This document shows, piece by piece, positions 50,400 to 64,000 of a stretch of DNA of 64,000 bases. Below the pieces are notes generated by a model that saw only the letters and a program-made list of their open reading frames with translations, was not told the origin of the DNA and did not search any database. Each line of letters starts with the position of its first letter. The first letter of the stretch is position 1. Source of the stretch: Mobula hypostoma (taxonomy: Eukaryota); contig NC_086097.1 of assembly GCF_963921235.1 (NCBI RefSeq), positions 180,794,001-180,858,000 of the forward strand, written 5' to 3'. Both the position numbers and the translations under genes were made by a program.

Positions 50400-53300
50400 G
50401 TTGTTTGGTCCATTTCTGACTCCTCCTTCTCTTTTCTCAGTCCCTCTGTCTCCATCTCTGGAGACAAACTTTCAACCAACATCTTTTATAAACCTACTGA
50501 TTGTAAATCTTTTATAAACCAAAAGCCGTGGATGAACCAAGAGGTTCATAGTCTGCTGAGGCTAGATCTGTGGCATTTAGGTCTGGTGATCCAGGTCAGT
50601 ATAAGAAAAGCCAAGTATGACTTGCAGAGGGGCTATTTCAAGAGCCAAGAAACAATTCCAGGGGAGGTTGGAGGCGACATCGGATGCAAGTCAACTCTGG
50701 CAGCAATCCCAAGCCATTACTTCCTACAAAGAAAAACCCAACATAATGAATGGTAGTGATGCTTCACTACCAGATGAGTTCAATGTCTTTTATGCTTGCT
50801 TTGAAAGGGAGAATAAAACCACAGCTATGAGGATCCCTGCAGCATCTGATGTCCCTGTAATCTCTGACTCGGAAGCTGATGACAGGCTGCCTTTCAAGAG
50901 GATGAACCCTCGCAAAGCAGCAGTTAAGCAAAGATGGAGTACCTGGTAGGGCCCTAAAAACCTGTGCCAGTCAACTGGCAGGAGTATTCAAAGACATTTT
51001 CACCACCTGCTTCAAAAGGGCAACAATTATACCAGTACCCAAGAAGATTAGCTGCCTAAAAGGTCATTGTCCTGTCGCATTCATATCTATGGTGATGAAA
51101 TGCTTTAAGAGGTTGTTCATGGCTAGAATCAACGTCTGTCTCAGGAAGGACCTGATACCACTACAATTTGTCACAATAGGTCTACAGTAGACATCATCTC
51201 AATAGCTCACCGAGCAGCCTTGGATCACCCGGACAATGCAAATACCTATGTCAGAATGCTGTTTATTGACTATAGCTCAGTATTTAACACCATCATTCCT
51301 GCAATCCTGATCAAAAGGCTACAGAACCTAGGCCTCTATCCCTCCCTCTGCTGCTGTATCCACAACATCTCAACCAGAATACTGCAATCTGTGTGGATTG
51401 GAAATAACATTTCCACCTCACTGACGGTTAACACTGGTGCTCCACTAGGATGTGTGCTTAGCCCATTGCTCTACTCTCTCTACACCCATAACTGTGTGGC
51501 TTGGCAAACTCAAATAGCATCTATAAATTTGTTGATGATACAACCATTGTTGGTAGAATTTAAGGTTGTGATTAAAGGGCGTACAAGAGCGAGATATACC
51601 AGTTGGTTAAGTGGTGTCACAGATTGTGGACTTCAGGAAGGGTAAGACGATGGAACACAAACCAATCCTCAAATCGTGAGCAATTTAAAGTTCCTGAGTG
51701 TTTATATCTCTGAGGACCTAACCTGGACATAACATATGATGCAGTTATAAAGAAGGCAAGGCAGTGGCTATATTTCATTCGGAGTTTGAGGAGATTTGGT
51801 TTGTCAACTAAAACACTCGAAAATTTCTACAAATTTACCATGGAGAACATTCTGGCTAGGTACAGCACCACCTGGTATGCGGGGGTGGGGGGTGAGAAGG
51901 CTACTGCGCAAGATCAAAGTAAGTTGAAGAAACTTGTAAAATTAGTCAGCTGTATCATAGAACATAGAAAACCTACAGCACAATACAGGCCCTTCAGCCC
52001 ACAATGCTGTGCCAAACATGTCCTTACCTTAAAAATTACCGAGGGTTACCCATAGCCTTATATTTTTCTGAGCTCCATGTACCTATCCAGAAGTCTCTTA
52101 AAAGACCCTATCGTATCTGCCTCCACCACCGTTGCCCATAGCCCATTCCACGCACTCCCCACTCTCTGTGTAAAAACTTACCCCTGACATCTCCTCTGTA
52201 CCTGCTTCCAAGCACCTTAAAACTGTGCCCTCTCGTACTAGCCATTTCAGCCCTGGGAAAAAAAACTCTGAGTATCCACACGATCAATGCCTCTCATCAT
52301 CTTATACACCTCTATCAGGTCACCTCTCATCCTCCGTCGCTCCAAGGAGAAAAGGCCGAGTTCACTCAACTTATTCTCATAAGGCATACTTCCCAATCCA
52401 GCAACATTCTTGTAAATCTCCTCTGCACAATTTCTGTGGTTTCCACATCCTTCCTGTAGTGAGGCGACCAGAACTGAATACAGTACTCCAAGTGGGATCT
52501 GACCAGGGTCCTATAGAGCTGCAACATTACCTCTCGGCTCCTAAGCTCAATCCCATGATTGATGAAGGCCAATGCACCATATGCTTCCTTAACCACAGAG
52601 TCAACCTGCGCAGCAGCTTTGAGTGTCCTATGGACTCGGACCCGAAGATCCCTCTGATCCTCCACACTTCCAAGAGTCTTACCATTAATACTATATTCTG
52701 CCATCATATTTGGCCTAACAAAATGAACCACCTCACACTTATCTGTTTTGAACTCCATCTGCCACTTCTCAGCCAAGTTTTGCATCCTATCAATGTCCCG
52801 TTGTAACCTCTGACAGCCCTCTACACTATCCACAACACCCCCAACTATTGTGTCATCAGAAAATTTACTAACCCATCCCTCCACTTCCTCATCCAAGTCA
52901 TTTATAAAAATCACAAGAGTAGGAGTCCCGGAACAGATCCCTGAGGCACACTACATGTCATCGACCTCCATGCAGAATATGACCCGTCTACAACCACTCT
53001 GTCTTCTGTGAGCAAACCAGTTCTGGATCCACAAAACAATGTCCCCTTGGATCCCATGCCTCCTTACTTTCTCAATAAGCCTTGCATGGAGTACCTTATC
53101 AAATGCCTTGCTGAAATCCATATACACTACATATACTGCTCTACCTTCATCAATTTGTTTAGCCACATCCTTAAAAAATTCAATCAGGCTTGTAAGGCGT
53201 GACCTGCCTTTGACAAAGCCATGCTGACTATTCCGAATCATATTATGCCTCTCCAAATGTTTACAAATCCTGCTTCTCAGGATCTTCTCCATCAACTTAC

Positions 53301-55180
53301 CAACCACTGAAGTAAGACTCACTGGTCTATAATTTCCTGGGCTATCTCTACTCCCTTTCTTGAATAAGGGAACAACATCTGAAACCCTCCAATCCTCCGG
53401 AACCTCTCCCATCCCCATTGATGATGCAAAGATCATCGCCAGAGGCTCAGGAATCCCTCACTTCCCACAGTAGCCTGGGGTACATCCTGTCCGGTCCCGG
53501 TGACTTATCCAACTTGATGCTTTCCAAAAGCTTCAGCACATCCTCTTCCTTAATATCTACATGCTCAAACTTTTCAGTCCACTGTAAGTCATCCCTACAA
53601 TCGCCAAGACCCTTTTCCGTGGTGAATACTGAAGCAAAGTATTTACTAAATACCAGCCTCTGTAATATCCAAGACATCTTCAAGGAGGGGTGCCTTAGGA
53701 AGGTGGCATCTATCATTAAGGATCCCCACCGCCAGGACATGCCCATTTCATACCATTACCAATGGAAAGGAAGTACAGAACCCTGAAGGAGCTTCTTCCC
53801 CTCTGCCATCCGATTTCTAAATGGACATTGAACCATCAACACTACCTCACTACTTTTTATTTATGTTATTTTGCATTACTTATTTTAATTTAACTATTTA
53901 ATAGACATATATACTTAATGTAACTCAGTTTTTTCTCTATATTTATTTAACATGTACTTCATTGCAATGCTGCTGTAAAGCTAACAAATTTCACAATGTA
54001 TGCTGATGATAATAAATCTGATTTTGATTCTGATTGCCATGGTATCTTGACTATACCTCTTTCCACCCTATCTGCTGTAAAAATGCTATTCCTTTTTCTC
54101 AGTTCCTTCTCCCCCACCACATCTGTTCCCAGGATGTCAGGGATGCCCTCCTTCTTTAAAGAATGAGGTTTCTCTCCCTCCACAATTGATGCTGCCCTTG
54201 CCCGCATCTCCTCCATTTCCCAAATAACCACACTTTCCCCATCTTCCCATTGCCTTAACAGGGATAGAGCTCCTTTTGTTCATACCTACCACTAATCAGT
54301 CTTTGCTTCCGACACATCATGCTCCACAACTTCCGCAATCTCCAAAGGGATCCCACCACTAAACATATTTTACCTCCCCCCCACAAGGATCACTCCCTCC
54401 ACAATTCCCTCGTCCATTCGTCACTCCCAGCACTTATTCCTGCAGGTGACCTAAGTGCTACACCCGCCCATACACCTTCTCTTACCTCCATTCATGGTCC
54501 CAAACAGTCCTTCTTGGTGAGAGAACACTTTGCCTGCGAATCTGCTGGGGTCATTTATTGTGCCTGACATTCCCGGTGCAGCCTCCTCTGCATCGTAAAT
54601 TGGGGGACTGCTTCATCGTTCTCCTCCGCTCCATTCGCACAAGCGAAACTTAACAATGGCTAACCATTTTAAATCTGATTCCCATTCTTGTTCTGACATG
54701 TCAGTTCATGGCCTCCTCATGTGCCAAGATGAGACCACAATCAAAGTGGAGGAGCAACACCTTCCATCTGGATACTCCAACCTGATGGCATGAATATTAG
54801 TTTCTCTTTCTGATAAAAAAAATTATGCCACCCCTTCCTCTATTCCTCATTTTGAACTTTTACCTCTTCTTACCTGCATATCATTTCCCCCTGGGTCTCC
54901 TCTTCCTTCCCTTTCTCCTATGATCCACTCTTCTCTCTTATCAAATAACTTTTTCCCCAGCCCCTGAACTTTTCTGCCCATCTGGCTTCAACTATCACCT
55001 TCCAGCCAGCTTCCTTCCCCTCAGCCCACTTTTTTATTCTGGCATGTTCCCCCTTCCTTCTCAGTCCTGAAAAAGGGTCTCAGCCCAAAACATCAACTTC
55101 CATTCACTTCCACAGATGCTGTCTGACCTGCTGATTTCCTCCAGCATTTTGTATGTGTTGCATCTGCAGACTTTCTCATG
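50400..55180 (+). mobile_element. Neptune-type PLE split by Rex1 (~50515-54035), which is itself split by a - strand CR1 (51956-53650)
   Basis: PLE RT ...ISGDKLSTNIFYKPTD (to ~50500) resumes as CHG-LDYTSFHP at 54034; GIY-YIG remnant at ~54520-54810; terminal repeat at 55060-55180. The CR1 ORFs at 52366-53436 carry RT motifs. Confidence 0.8.
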
Positions 55181-55184
55181 TTTA

Positions 55185-56630
55185 AAATATGAAGGTAAGC
55201 TAGCCAAAAATATAAAAGAGGATACCAAAAGTTTTTTCAGATATATAATGAGTGAGAAACAGGTGAGAGTGGATATCAGACCACCAGAGAGGTAGTAATG
55301 TGGGACAAAAAAATGCGGACAAACTTAATTGTTTTGCTTCAGTCTTCACTGTGGAAGACACCACTATATACCAGAAATTTGAGAGTGCCAAGGGGCATAA
55401 GTGGGTGCAGTTGCTATTACTAAGGAGAAGGTGCTTGGGTAACTGAAAGGTCTGAAGGTCTGGACCAGATGGACTACATTGCAGGGTTTTGAAAAAGGTA
55501 GCTGAAGAGATTGTGGAAGCATTAGTAATCATCTTTCAAAATCACTAGATTCTGGAATGGTTCTGGAGAACTGGAAAATCGCAAATGTCACTCCATCCTT
55601 TAAAAAAGGAGGAGGCAGAAGAAAGAAAATTATATGACAGTTAGCTTGACTTTAGTGATTATAAAGATGTTGGAGTCCATTGTTAAGAATGAGGCCTCAG
55701 GGTACTTGGAGGCACATAATAAAAGTAGACGTGGTTTCCTTAAGGGGAGATCTTGCCTGAGAAATCTGTTGGAGTATTTGAAGAAATAACAAACAGGATA
55801 GAAAAAGGTGAGTCAATGGATATTGTTTACTTGGATTTTCAGAAGGCCTTTGACAAGATGCTGCACATGAGGCTGCTGAACAAGATAACAGCCTATGATG
55901 TTACAAGACAGGTACAGGTAGAAGATTAGCTGACTGGAAAGAAGTAAATGGTGATAAAATATAAAAATCAGAGGTGCAAAGGGACTTTGGAGTCCTTGTC
56001 CAGGACACCCTGCAGATTAACTTGAAGGTTGTGTCGGTGGTAAGGAATTGAAATATAACATTAGCATTTCAAGAGGACTAGAATATAACAGCAAGGATGT
56101 AGTACTTTATAAGTCATTGATCAGATTGTACTTGGAGTATTGTGAACAGTTTTGGACCCCTTGTCTAAGAAAAGAAGTGCTGTTACTGGAGAGGGGAGTT
56201 CAGGAGAATGATTTTGGGAATGAAAGGGTCAATGTATGAGTAGCATTGCATGGCTCTGTGCCTGTACTCACTGGAGTTTAGAAGAATGAGGAGGATCTCA
56301 TTGAAACCTATTGGGGTGGATGTTTTCTAAAGTGGGTGAGTCTAGGACCTGAGGGCACAGCCTCAGAATAGAGGGACATCCATTTAGAACAGTGATGAGG
56401 AAGAATTTCTTTATCCAGAGGGCAGTGAATCTGTGGAATTAATTGCCATAGATGGCTATGACAGCCAAGTTATTGAGTAAATTTAAAGCAGAGGTTAATG
56501 GTTCTTGATTAGCCAGGGCATCAAATGTTATGGAAAAAAGGCAGGAGAATGGATACAGAGAAAATAATAGCTCAGTCATGATGGAACAGACTTGTTGGGC
56601 CCAATGACCTAATTCTGTTCCTATGGTCTA
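55185..56630 (+). mobile_element. Decayed CR1 ORF2
   Basis: LDFQKAFDK and YLEYCEQFW remnants; 3' tail. Confidence 0.75.
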
Positions 56631-57390
56631 ACTGCAATATAATGTCCTAGCTCCAATACTGGATGCTCTCATTGGAGTGTGCAATGTCTAGTGACTGTCT
56701 GGGGACTGCAGCTTCCAGTGAGTCTTGGGCAAACACGATCCGTGACAAGAACTGGGGAAGTGTAAGGACTGGTCAGTTTTGAGGACAATGGTAAATACCT
56801 TATGAGCCAAATGCTGAATTATCAGGATGGTTGGAAAGGGGATTATCAGAGTTTATACATACAAGAGGTTCTGCAAACGCTGAGTATCTTGAGCAACACA
56901 CACAAAATGCTGGAGGAACTCAGTAGGCCAGGCAGTGTCTGTGAAGGGGAATAAACAGTTTACATTTCAGGCTGCTGAGACCCTTCATCAAGACCGAAAA
57001 GGAAGAGGGTAGGCAAAGTTTTACTGCATGCAACTTATTACATGAAATGATAGCTCAGGGGATTGAGAATAGCTGATTTCCATGGACGGAAGCAGAAAGA
57101 CAGGTTAAGTGGACAGCTGTGATGGTAGATGAGAATATACTGTGGGAAAATATGAGGTCCAGGAAAAATGTAAAGGCTGGAAAACAAAACCCCTTCTTAG
57201 AGTGTTAAAAATTAATAAATGCCAGGTGTTGAGGGATCTTAGTAAGTCGGTTCACAGTGTGGAAAATATAATTCTATGGCAAGGTATGTTTGTGAGAGTA
57301 ACTAATTTACTACCCTACATTTCTTATGCTGGTTCATATGTGTGGTTCAAAGTTATTGTGCAATTGAACAGCCATACCTCAATTTCCACA

Positions 57391-58093
57391 TGTAAGGGGG
57401 TTTCGACTTTTATGTTACTGCGGAGGCTAATTAAAATGGCGTTTTTGTTATGTTAATCTGGGGAATGCGGCTTTGTTGTGCTTTAATGCCGAGAAAGTTT
57501 GCGCTAGCAGTTTATTGTGGTTTAGAGGGTGATAAGAGGGTGCTATTAACCAATTGGGATAGTTGTTATGGTTTTGGTGTATTTGAAGATAGTGTTTGAG
57601 AGGGGGTTTGGGGGCAGAAGGCGGGAGAGCGAGACAGAGGATGGACCAGGTGCTGTGAGTCCGCTAACGGGGTCGGACCCCGAGCGAGGTGACGGAGACG
57701 GAGACGGACTCGTGTGGAGCGTCTGGTCGACCACCGTTGTTGGTCCCAGGCGGCCGGTCGAGGTGGTCCGAGGGGGTCGCAGGGTGAAGAAGAAGGTCCT
57801 TGAGCTCCAACGGTTTTTGTGCACGAAGAGATTGAACTTTGATAAGTGTTGGCGCCTTTTTTTTCCCCCACTACTTTCCTCTCTGTATCAAATGCATATT
57901 AATGTCATAGAATTAGTAATATCTATAAACTGTAAATCATTTAATTGCATCTGGTATATTGTCTGTTATTTGGGCGGGGTGGGGTACCTCACACAGCATC
58001 CACACAAACTAATTACCCAGTTTGGCGGGGCCGAGGCTGTTTCCCCAGACGACAGCGAGCCGAGCGACCCTGAGGGTGGCCAGGGGGGCTACA
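57391..58093. mobile_element. Solo LTR (703 bp)
   Basis: TGTA...TACA termini with 4-bp TSD CACA at 57387-57390 and 58094-58097; CpG-rich; no internal retroviral ORF. Confidence 0.75.
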
Positions 58094-58204
58094 CACACAA
58101 GAACCTTGACTTCATACTTGCTCTAACCAAGTAAAAGGGATATCAAGCCAGGGTCAATAGGATGACTGAGGTTTGATGGAGCATTATAAAACTATAAGAT
58201 ATAG

Positions 58205-60187
58205 GAGAATCCTTGCAGGTAGGCTCGCTAGCATGGTTCGGGAGGGTTTAAACTAATTTGCAAGGGGGATGGGACCTGGAGCGATAGAGCAGTGAAAGAA
58301 GTGCATGGAGTAAAGCCAGATCTAACATATAGAGAGGGTTTGAGGAAAGAGAATCAGAATAAAGGGTGTAAAGGTAGTAAGGTAGAAGGGTTAAAGTGCA
58401 TGTACTTAAATGCAGGAAGCGTCAGGAACAAAGGTGATGAACTGAGAGCTTGGATACATACATGGAATTATGATGTAGTGGCCATTACAGAGACTTGGCT
58501 GGCACCAGGGCAGGAATGGATTCTCAATATTCCTGGATTTCAGTGCTTTAAAAGGGTTGGGGGGTGGCATTACTGGTTAGGGATACTATTACAGCTACAG
58601 AAAGGGTGGGTAATGTAGCAGGATCCTCTTTTGAGTCAGTATGGGTGGAAGTCAGAAACAGGAAGGGAGCAGTTACTCTATTGGGAGTATTCAATAGGCC
58701 CCCTGGTAGCAGCAGAGATACCGAGGAGCAGATTGGGAGGCAGATCTTGGAAAGGTGCAAAAATAACGGGGTTGTTATCATAGGTGACTTTAACTTCCCT
58801 AATATTGATTGGCACTTGATTAGTTCGAAGAGTTTAGACGGGGCAGAGTTTGTTAAGTGTGTCCAGGGTAGATTCCTGTCATAGTACGTTGACAGGCTGA
58901 CTAGGGGGAATGCCATACTAGATCTAATATTAGGTAACAAACCGGGTCAGGTCACAGATCTCTCAGTGGGTGAGCATCTGGGGGACAGTGACCACCGCTC
59001 CCTGGCCTTTAGCATTATCATGGAAAAGGATAAAATCAGAGAGGAAAGGAAAATTTTTAATTGGGGAAGGGCAAATTATGAGGCTATAAGGCTAGAACTT
59101 GTGGGTGTGAATTGGGATGATGTTTTTGCAGAGAAATGTACTATGGACATGTGGTCGATGTTTAGGGATCTCTTGCAGGATGTTAGGAATAAATTCATCC
59201 CGGTGAGGAAGATAAAGAATGGTAGGGTGAAGGAACCATGGGTGACAAGTGAGGTGGAAAATCTAGTCAGGTGGAAGAAGGCAGCATACATGAGGTTTCG
59301 GAAGCAAGGATCAGATGGGTCTATTGAGGAATATAGGGTAGCAAGAAAGGAGCTTAAGAAGGGGCTGAGAAGAGCAAGAAGGGGGCATGAGAAGGCCTTG
59401 GTGAGAAGGGTAAAGGAAAACCCCAAGGCATTCTTCAATTATGTGAAGAACAAAAAGATGACAGGAGTGAAGGTAGGACCAATTAGAGATAAAGATGGGA
59501 AGATGTGCCTGGAGGCTGTGGAAGTGAGCGAGGTCCTCAATGAATACTTCTCTTCGGTATTCACCAATGAGAGGGAACTTGATTTTCAGTGAGGACAATA
59601 TGAGTGAGGTTGATATTCTGGAGCATGTTGATATTAAGAGAGAGGAGGTGCTAGAGTTTTTAAAAGACGTTAGGATGGTTAAGTCCCCGGGGCCTGACGG
59701 AATATTCCCCAGGCTGCTCCACGAGGCGAGGAAAGAGATTGCAGAGCCTCTGGCTAGGATCTTTATGTCCTCGTTGTCCATGGGAATGGTACTGGAGGAT
59801 TGGAGGGAGGTGAATGTTGTCCCCTTGTTCAAAAAAGGTAGTAGGGATAGTCCAGGTAATTATAGACCAGTGAGCCTTACGTCTGTGGTGTGAAAGCTGT
59901 TGGAAAAGATCCTTAGAGATAGGATCTATGGGCATTTAGAGAATCATGTCTGATCAGGCACAGTCAGCATGGCTTTGTGAAGGGCAGATCGTGTCTAACA
60001 AGCCTGATAGAGTTCTTTGAGGAGGTGACCAGGCATATAAATGAGGGTAGTACAGTGGATGTGATCTATATTGGTTTTAGTAAGGCATTCGACAAGGTTC
60101 TATACTGTAGGATCATTCAGAAAGTCAGAAGTCATGGGATCCAGCGATGTTTGGCCAGGTGGATTCAGAATTGGCTTGCCTGCAGAA
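58205..60187 (+). mobile_element. Young CR1 (ORF1 end, endonuclease and RT N-part), 3'-truncated
   Basis: YLNAGSVRNK, AITETWL, GDFNFP and GDSDH motifs; very similar to 26808-28070. Confidence 0.9.
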
Positions 60188-60369
60188 GTCTAGAATCAGC
60201 TCTTTTGTCTTACTGATGTTGAGTGCCAGGTTGTTGCTGTGGCACCACTCCACTAGTCAGCATATCTCACTCCTGTCCGTCCTCTCGTCACCACCTGAGA
60301 TTCTACCAACAATGGTTGTATTGTCAGCAAATTGATAGATGGTATTTGAGCTATGCCTAGCCACACATA

Positions 60370-61323
60370 TCAGACCTCTGGGCTGCAATGGCCCATGACC
60401 TTGACGTTAGGCTACATCACATCATGGCGTATCACCTGCAGTCCAATGGTCTATGTGAGTGGTTTCATGGCTACTTAAAGGCTGAGCTGAAGGCTTCCCT
60501 GACAGATGAGTGTTGGCAAGATCGTCTCCCATGGCTCCTGCTGGGACTCTGAGCTGCTCCAAAAGAGGACCTGCAGCTGAGTTGATATACAGGCAGCCAT
60601 TACTAGTGCCAGGTAATTTTATTCCTGATGCCACGAATGCCTGATCAACCTCTCAACAGCATTCTACCCTCCTCAGAAAATTCAATTTCTTAGCACCAAT
60701 ACCTACCTCCCAACTTGGCATACACCATTCTTGGGTTCCTCTTGACCTGCATTCTGCCTCGTTTGTCTTCATCTGCTATGATGCACAACAACATCCCCTT
60801 AGGCCCCCTTATGATGGCCCGTTCCATATTTTGGAATGCAGAGAAAAGACTTATCATAGACAAGAAGGGTAAACCTGAATGTATTTTGGTGGATGGCCTT
60901 AAACTGGCCCACTAGTACTTGGAGGACTCAGCTACCATGCCCCTGCCATCACAACCTGACTATGAGTGTGTCAACTCACCTCAGGATGAGCTAAAGGCAC
61001 CTGCTGTCCCTCCACCCATGGAACATAGGACCCATGCCAGGAGGCTCATCCAAGCTCTGGACTGGCCCACGTTGTTGGTTTTTGTGAATTCTGGGGTGGG
61101 GGAAGGGTCTGTGATGGATAATGTAATTAGTAGAAACGTTTTTAAATTCACAACCACTGACATTGAGTTGGGGTTCACTTTGAGAGGTTGATCTAACATG
61201 ACATAATTACATGAAGTTCAGTTACTGTGCTTTGTGTTCAGTTTTTGGAGTACAATAAATGAGTTGTTATGGTATTTCTTAAATATAAAATGCCTCACAT
61301 TGATTTATTTGCAAAAACCTACA
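60370..61323 (+). mobile_element. Gypsy retrotransposon 3' remnant: integrase, PPT and 3' LTR
   Basis: Decayed integrase (AYHLQSNGLCEWFH...LPWLLLGL*AAPKEDL...PPYDGPF...LKLAH); purine tract ggggtgggggaaggg at 61093-61107; LTR TG...CA at 61110-61323 containing AATAAA. Confidence 0.8.
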
Positions 61324-62559
61324 GTATTATTTTAAAAGCTATTTAAATAAGTATATGATTAGGAGAATATTAGAAGGCTACAGACCAAATATGGGCAGCT
61401 GGGACTACCTTGCTCGTTAACACAGTTGGCATGGATGAAATGCAGTATACCATATCTGCTATATGATTCTATGACTGGGGTCTATTGAATAATGTTATAA
61501 CTGACCTCAGTCCTCAATTATGATTCATCTTGGTGTGTAGAGGCACAAAACACGGTGTGTCTTCTGACATCAAATGCAACTTCCCAGTGCCTAGACACAT
61601 GGAACATCATGTGCAGGAAAATATGTAGAACCAATTCCCTGAGCCATCAAGCCTTTGATAAATTTGAATCAAGTGACATATAAAGTGCTACATTGTTAAA
61701 TATATACTATTCCCTCATTTGAAAATATTATACATTTATTTCAGAACATGATGCAACCAGAAACAAAAAATAATCACAACAATATTCCATCAAATTGTAT
61801 TCATTGACTTGCAATGTATTACTTGACAACATTGAATGATGCCAACTTTTAAAAAAGGAAACTTGAAAAACTAAGTTAACTGATCTACTCTAGATGTACA
61901 CAAACTGATCTTCTACTTTCAATCATAATTTATTTGCATTCTTTTACATATGTCCTTGAAGATCTTCTGGTTACATCTGATGTCTCCTTTGTGTTAGGCA
62001 CTTTGTGACTTTCAAGTTAATTTTATTTCACGTTAACAACACTGAAAGATCAGAATTTAACCCAATGTGCCATGTGTATATTGTCTAATTCTCACCCACT
62101 ACCACATTATTACTTTTTGCCTTAGAATCTCTCTCTAAGAGAGACACAATAAGAATAAATGAATTAATTGTTTTGTAATTCAATAACAACACTACTTATG
62201 ACAAAAAATAAAGGCAGCTATAAATATGTAACTTATGAAGGGATTGCACAAAAGGAATTTTTTGCTTTGGAAATTGTATAATCAAAATCAAAACTTTGTC
62301 ATCTACTATTCAATATCAATATTTTGAATCCCCTTTATGAACTTGGAAATAAACAAGAAAGGACAAATATGACAATTTGTTACATTTAGTCTGGGGAAAT
62401 GTCACCATGGGAAATAACTAGAGAAATAGTAGTTGGTTATAAATAAAAAGTACAATTCTACTGATGCATTTATCAAGTACTCATAGTCAAAGTAAACTAA
62501 GCTTTAGAATACGATGCAAACTACTTTCCAAGTAACTCCAAAGTCAAATTGACGATCAC

Positions 62560-63155
62560 TCAGCATTCTATACCGCCTGTGTTGGTAATTTCCTTGATTT
62601 TGATGCCTGAATGACACAATACAATTGGTTCACTATCTTTTGAATTTTTGGCTAAAACAGGACTAAATGCAGGAAATACTGGTTTCCGGAACTTCGTTTT
62701 AAAGGAGTGAAGATGGTTGCCTCGGTGAATATTGTAGAAAGACAAGCGCCCTTCTTCATAATCTAAAAATATTCCCAAGCGTTCACAGTTTTGGTCTGCA
62801 CTGCTCAGATCAAGCAAAATGCACTCATCACCATGGAATGCATAACATTCTTTGTCAACCATCCGAATGGACCATGAATACTTGTTCTTGCCGAGAGTAG
62901 ATTCTTTGCCTTTCCTGGGGATGGAGGAATATGTAACACCAATGTTCCACTCATTCTTGTTCTTTGTATTCACCTCCCAATAATGCTTGCCTGACGAGAA
63001 GCTCTCATTTGCTAGAACACTGAAAGAGTTTTCAAAACGTATGGAACTTTCGTGGATATTAATGGGTGAAGTAGAGTACTGCACTGACGTCAGATCTCTT
63101 GATATAATGAGGTTTCTGTGTGCTGTATTTTCATCGAGGGTAATATTCCTTATAA
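62560..63155 (-). CDS. Terminal exon of a TRIM-like / B30.2 (PRY-SPRY) domain gene
   Basis: Acceptor ttttttattttacag| at 63156/63155, then an open frame IRNITLDENTAHRNLIISRDLTSV...RFENSFSVLANESFSSGKHYWEV...WNIGV...RLGIFLDYEEGRLSFYN...HLHSF...PVFPAF, the canonical PRY-SPRY motifs. Stop at 62562-62560, followed by an AT-rich putative 3'UTR. Confidence 0.9.
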
Positions 63156-63329
63156 CTGTAAAATAAAAAACATTATTTTATTTCACTAAAACTTAAAGCT
63201 GATTACTCACGATACAACAGACAATATCTAAAAGTCTGAAGTAATTAGGAATGAATCTTGATTCAACCTCATACCATTCTTGATGATTTACCCCTGTGGC
63301 CATTCCCCTCAATAAAAAGTATGTGTCTC

Positions 63330-64000
63330 TGGATAATGTTGAGAGGGTGACCTACTGTAGGGAGCTGCAGAAACCAAGTCTCTGCACTGAATCTGATGCT
63401 GTGGCTCAGAAGGGAAGTGGGAAGAAGAGGTCTGCAGTAGTGATAGGGACTCCATAGTTAGAGGAGTAGACACAAGAGTCCTTGGATGTGAACGAGACAC
63501 CCAGATGGTCTGTTGCCTCCCAGGTGGCAGGATCAGGGGTGTGTCGGATTGGGTGCATGGTATTCTAAAAGGGGAGGGTAAGCAGCTAGAAGTCTTGGTA
63601 TGAATTGGCACCAATGACAATAGGTAGCAACAAAGAGGAGGTCATGGAGAGAATTTAGTGAGCTGGGTAGAAAGCTGAAACGCAGGATCCCCAGTGTAGT
63701 AAGATCTGGATTGCTGCCTGTGCCACGCATCAGAGAGGGTGAGATGATTTGGCAGATGAATCCATGGCTGAGGAACTGGGGCAGGACTTCAAATTTCTGG
63801 ATTATTGTTATCTCTTCTGGGGAAGGTATGATCCTTTTAAAAGGGATGAGTTATATCTGAACCTGAGGGGTTGCAAACAGATTTCCTTGCAAACAGATTT
63901 CCTAGAGCTGTTGGGGAGGGTTTAAACTAAATTGGCAGGGGAATGGGAACCAGATTGATAGGACTGAAGATGGGGAAGTTGTTATACAAGTAGATGCAAT
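63330..64000 (+). mobile_element. CR1 ORF1 (GDSL/SGNH esterase) remnant in the TRIM-like intron
   Basis: VIGDSIVRG-like motif followed by MVCCLPG; later IGTND and SGLLPVP remnants. Confidence 0.8.

Noticed and set aside
57568..58134. 188-aa ORF
   Set aside because: Lies in the solo LTR, low-complexity, no gag/pol/env motifs.

Overview
Vertebrate genomic DNA. The repeat content (CR1 with GDSL/SGNH-esterase ORF1, Rex1/Babar LINEs, abundant Penelope-derived repeats) suggests a cartilaginous fish, probably a ray; this is inference. Host genes, both on the - strand: (i) the 5' part of CHPF2, with coding exons at 10031-10302 and 4411-4975, phase-compatible GT/AG junctions and a CpG-island promoter at about 11600-11960; (ii) the terminal B30.2/PRY-SPRY exon of a TRIM-like gene at 62560-63155. 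Most of the rest is nested, decayed transposons: CR1, Rex1/Babar, an RTE tail, Penelope-like elements (PLEs), tRNA-SINEs, a Gypsy 3' remnant, a solo LTR and a mariner-derived MITE. I see no wholly new gene system. The most notable observations are: a ~5.2 kb inversion (about 39100-44289) that can be reconstructed from three split repeats and a 6-bp inverted microhomology; two families of PLE-borne minimal hammerhead ribozymes; a palindromic mariner MITE with reiterated TIRs; an RTE 3' end that I recall resembling marsupial RTE repeats; and a young non-autonomous LINE-tailed element. Coordinates of decayed repeats are approximate.
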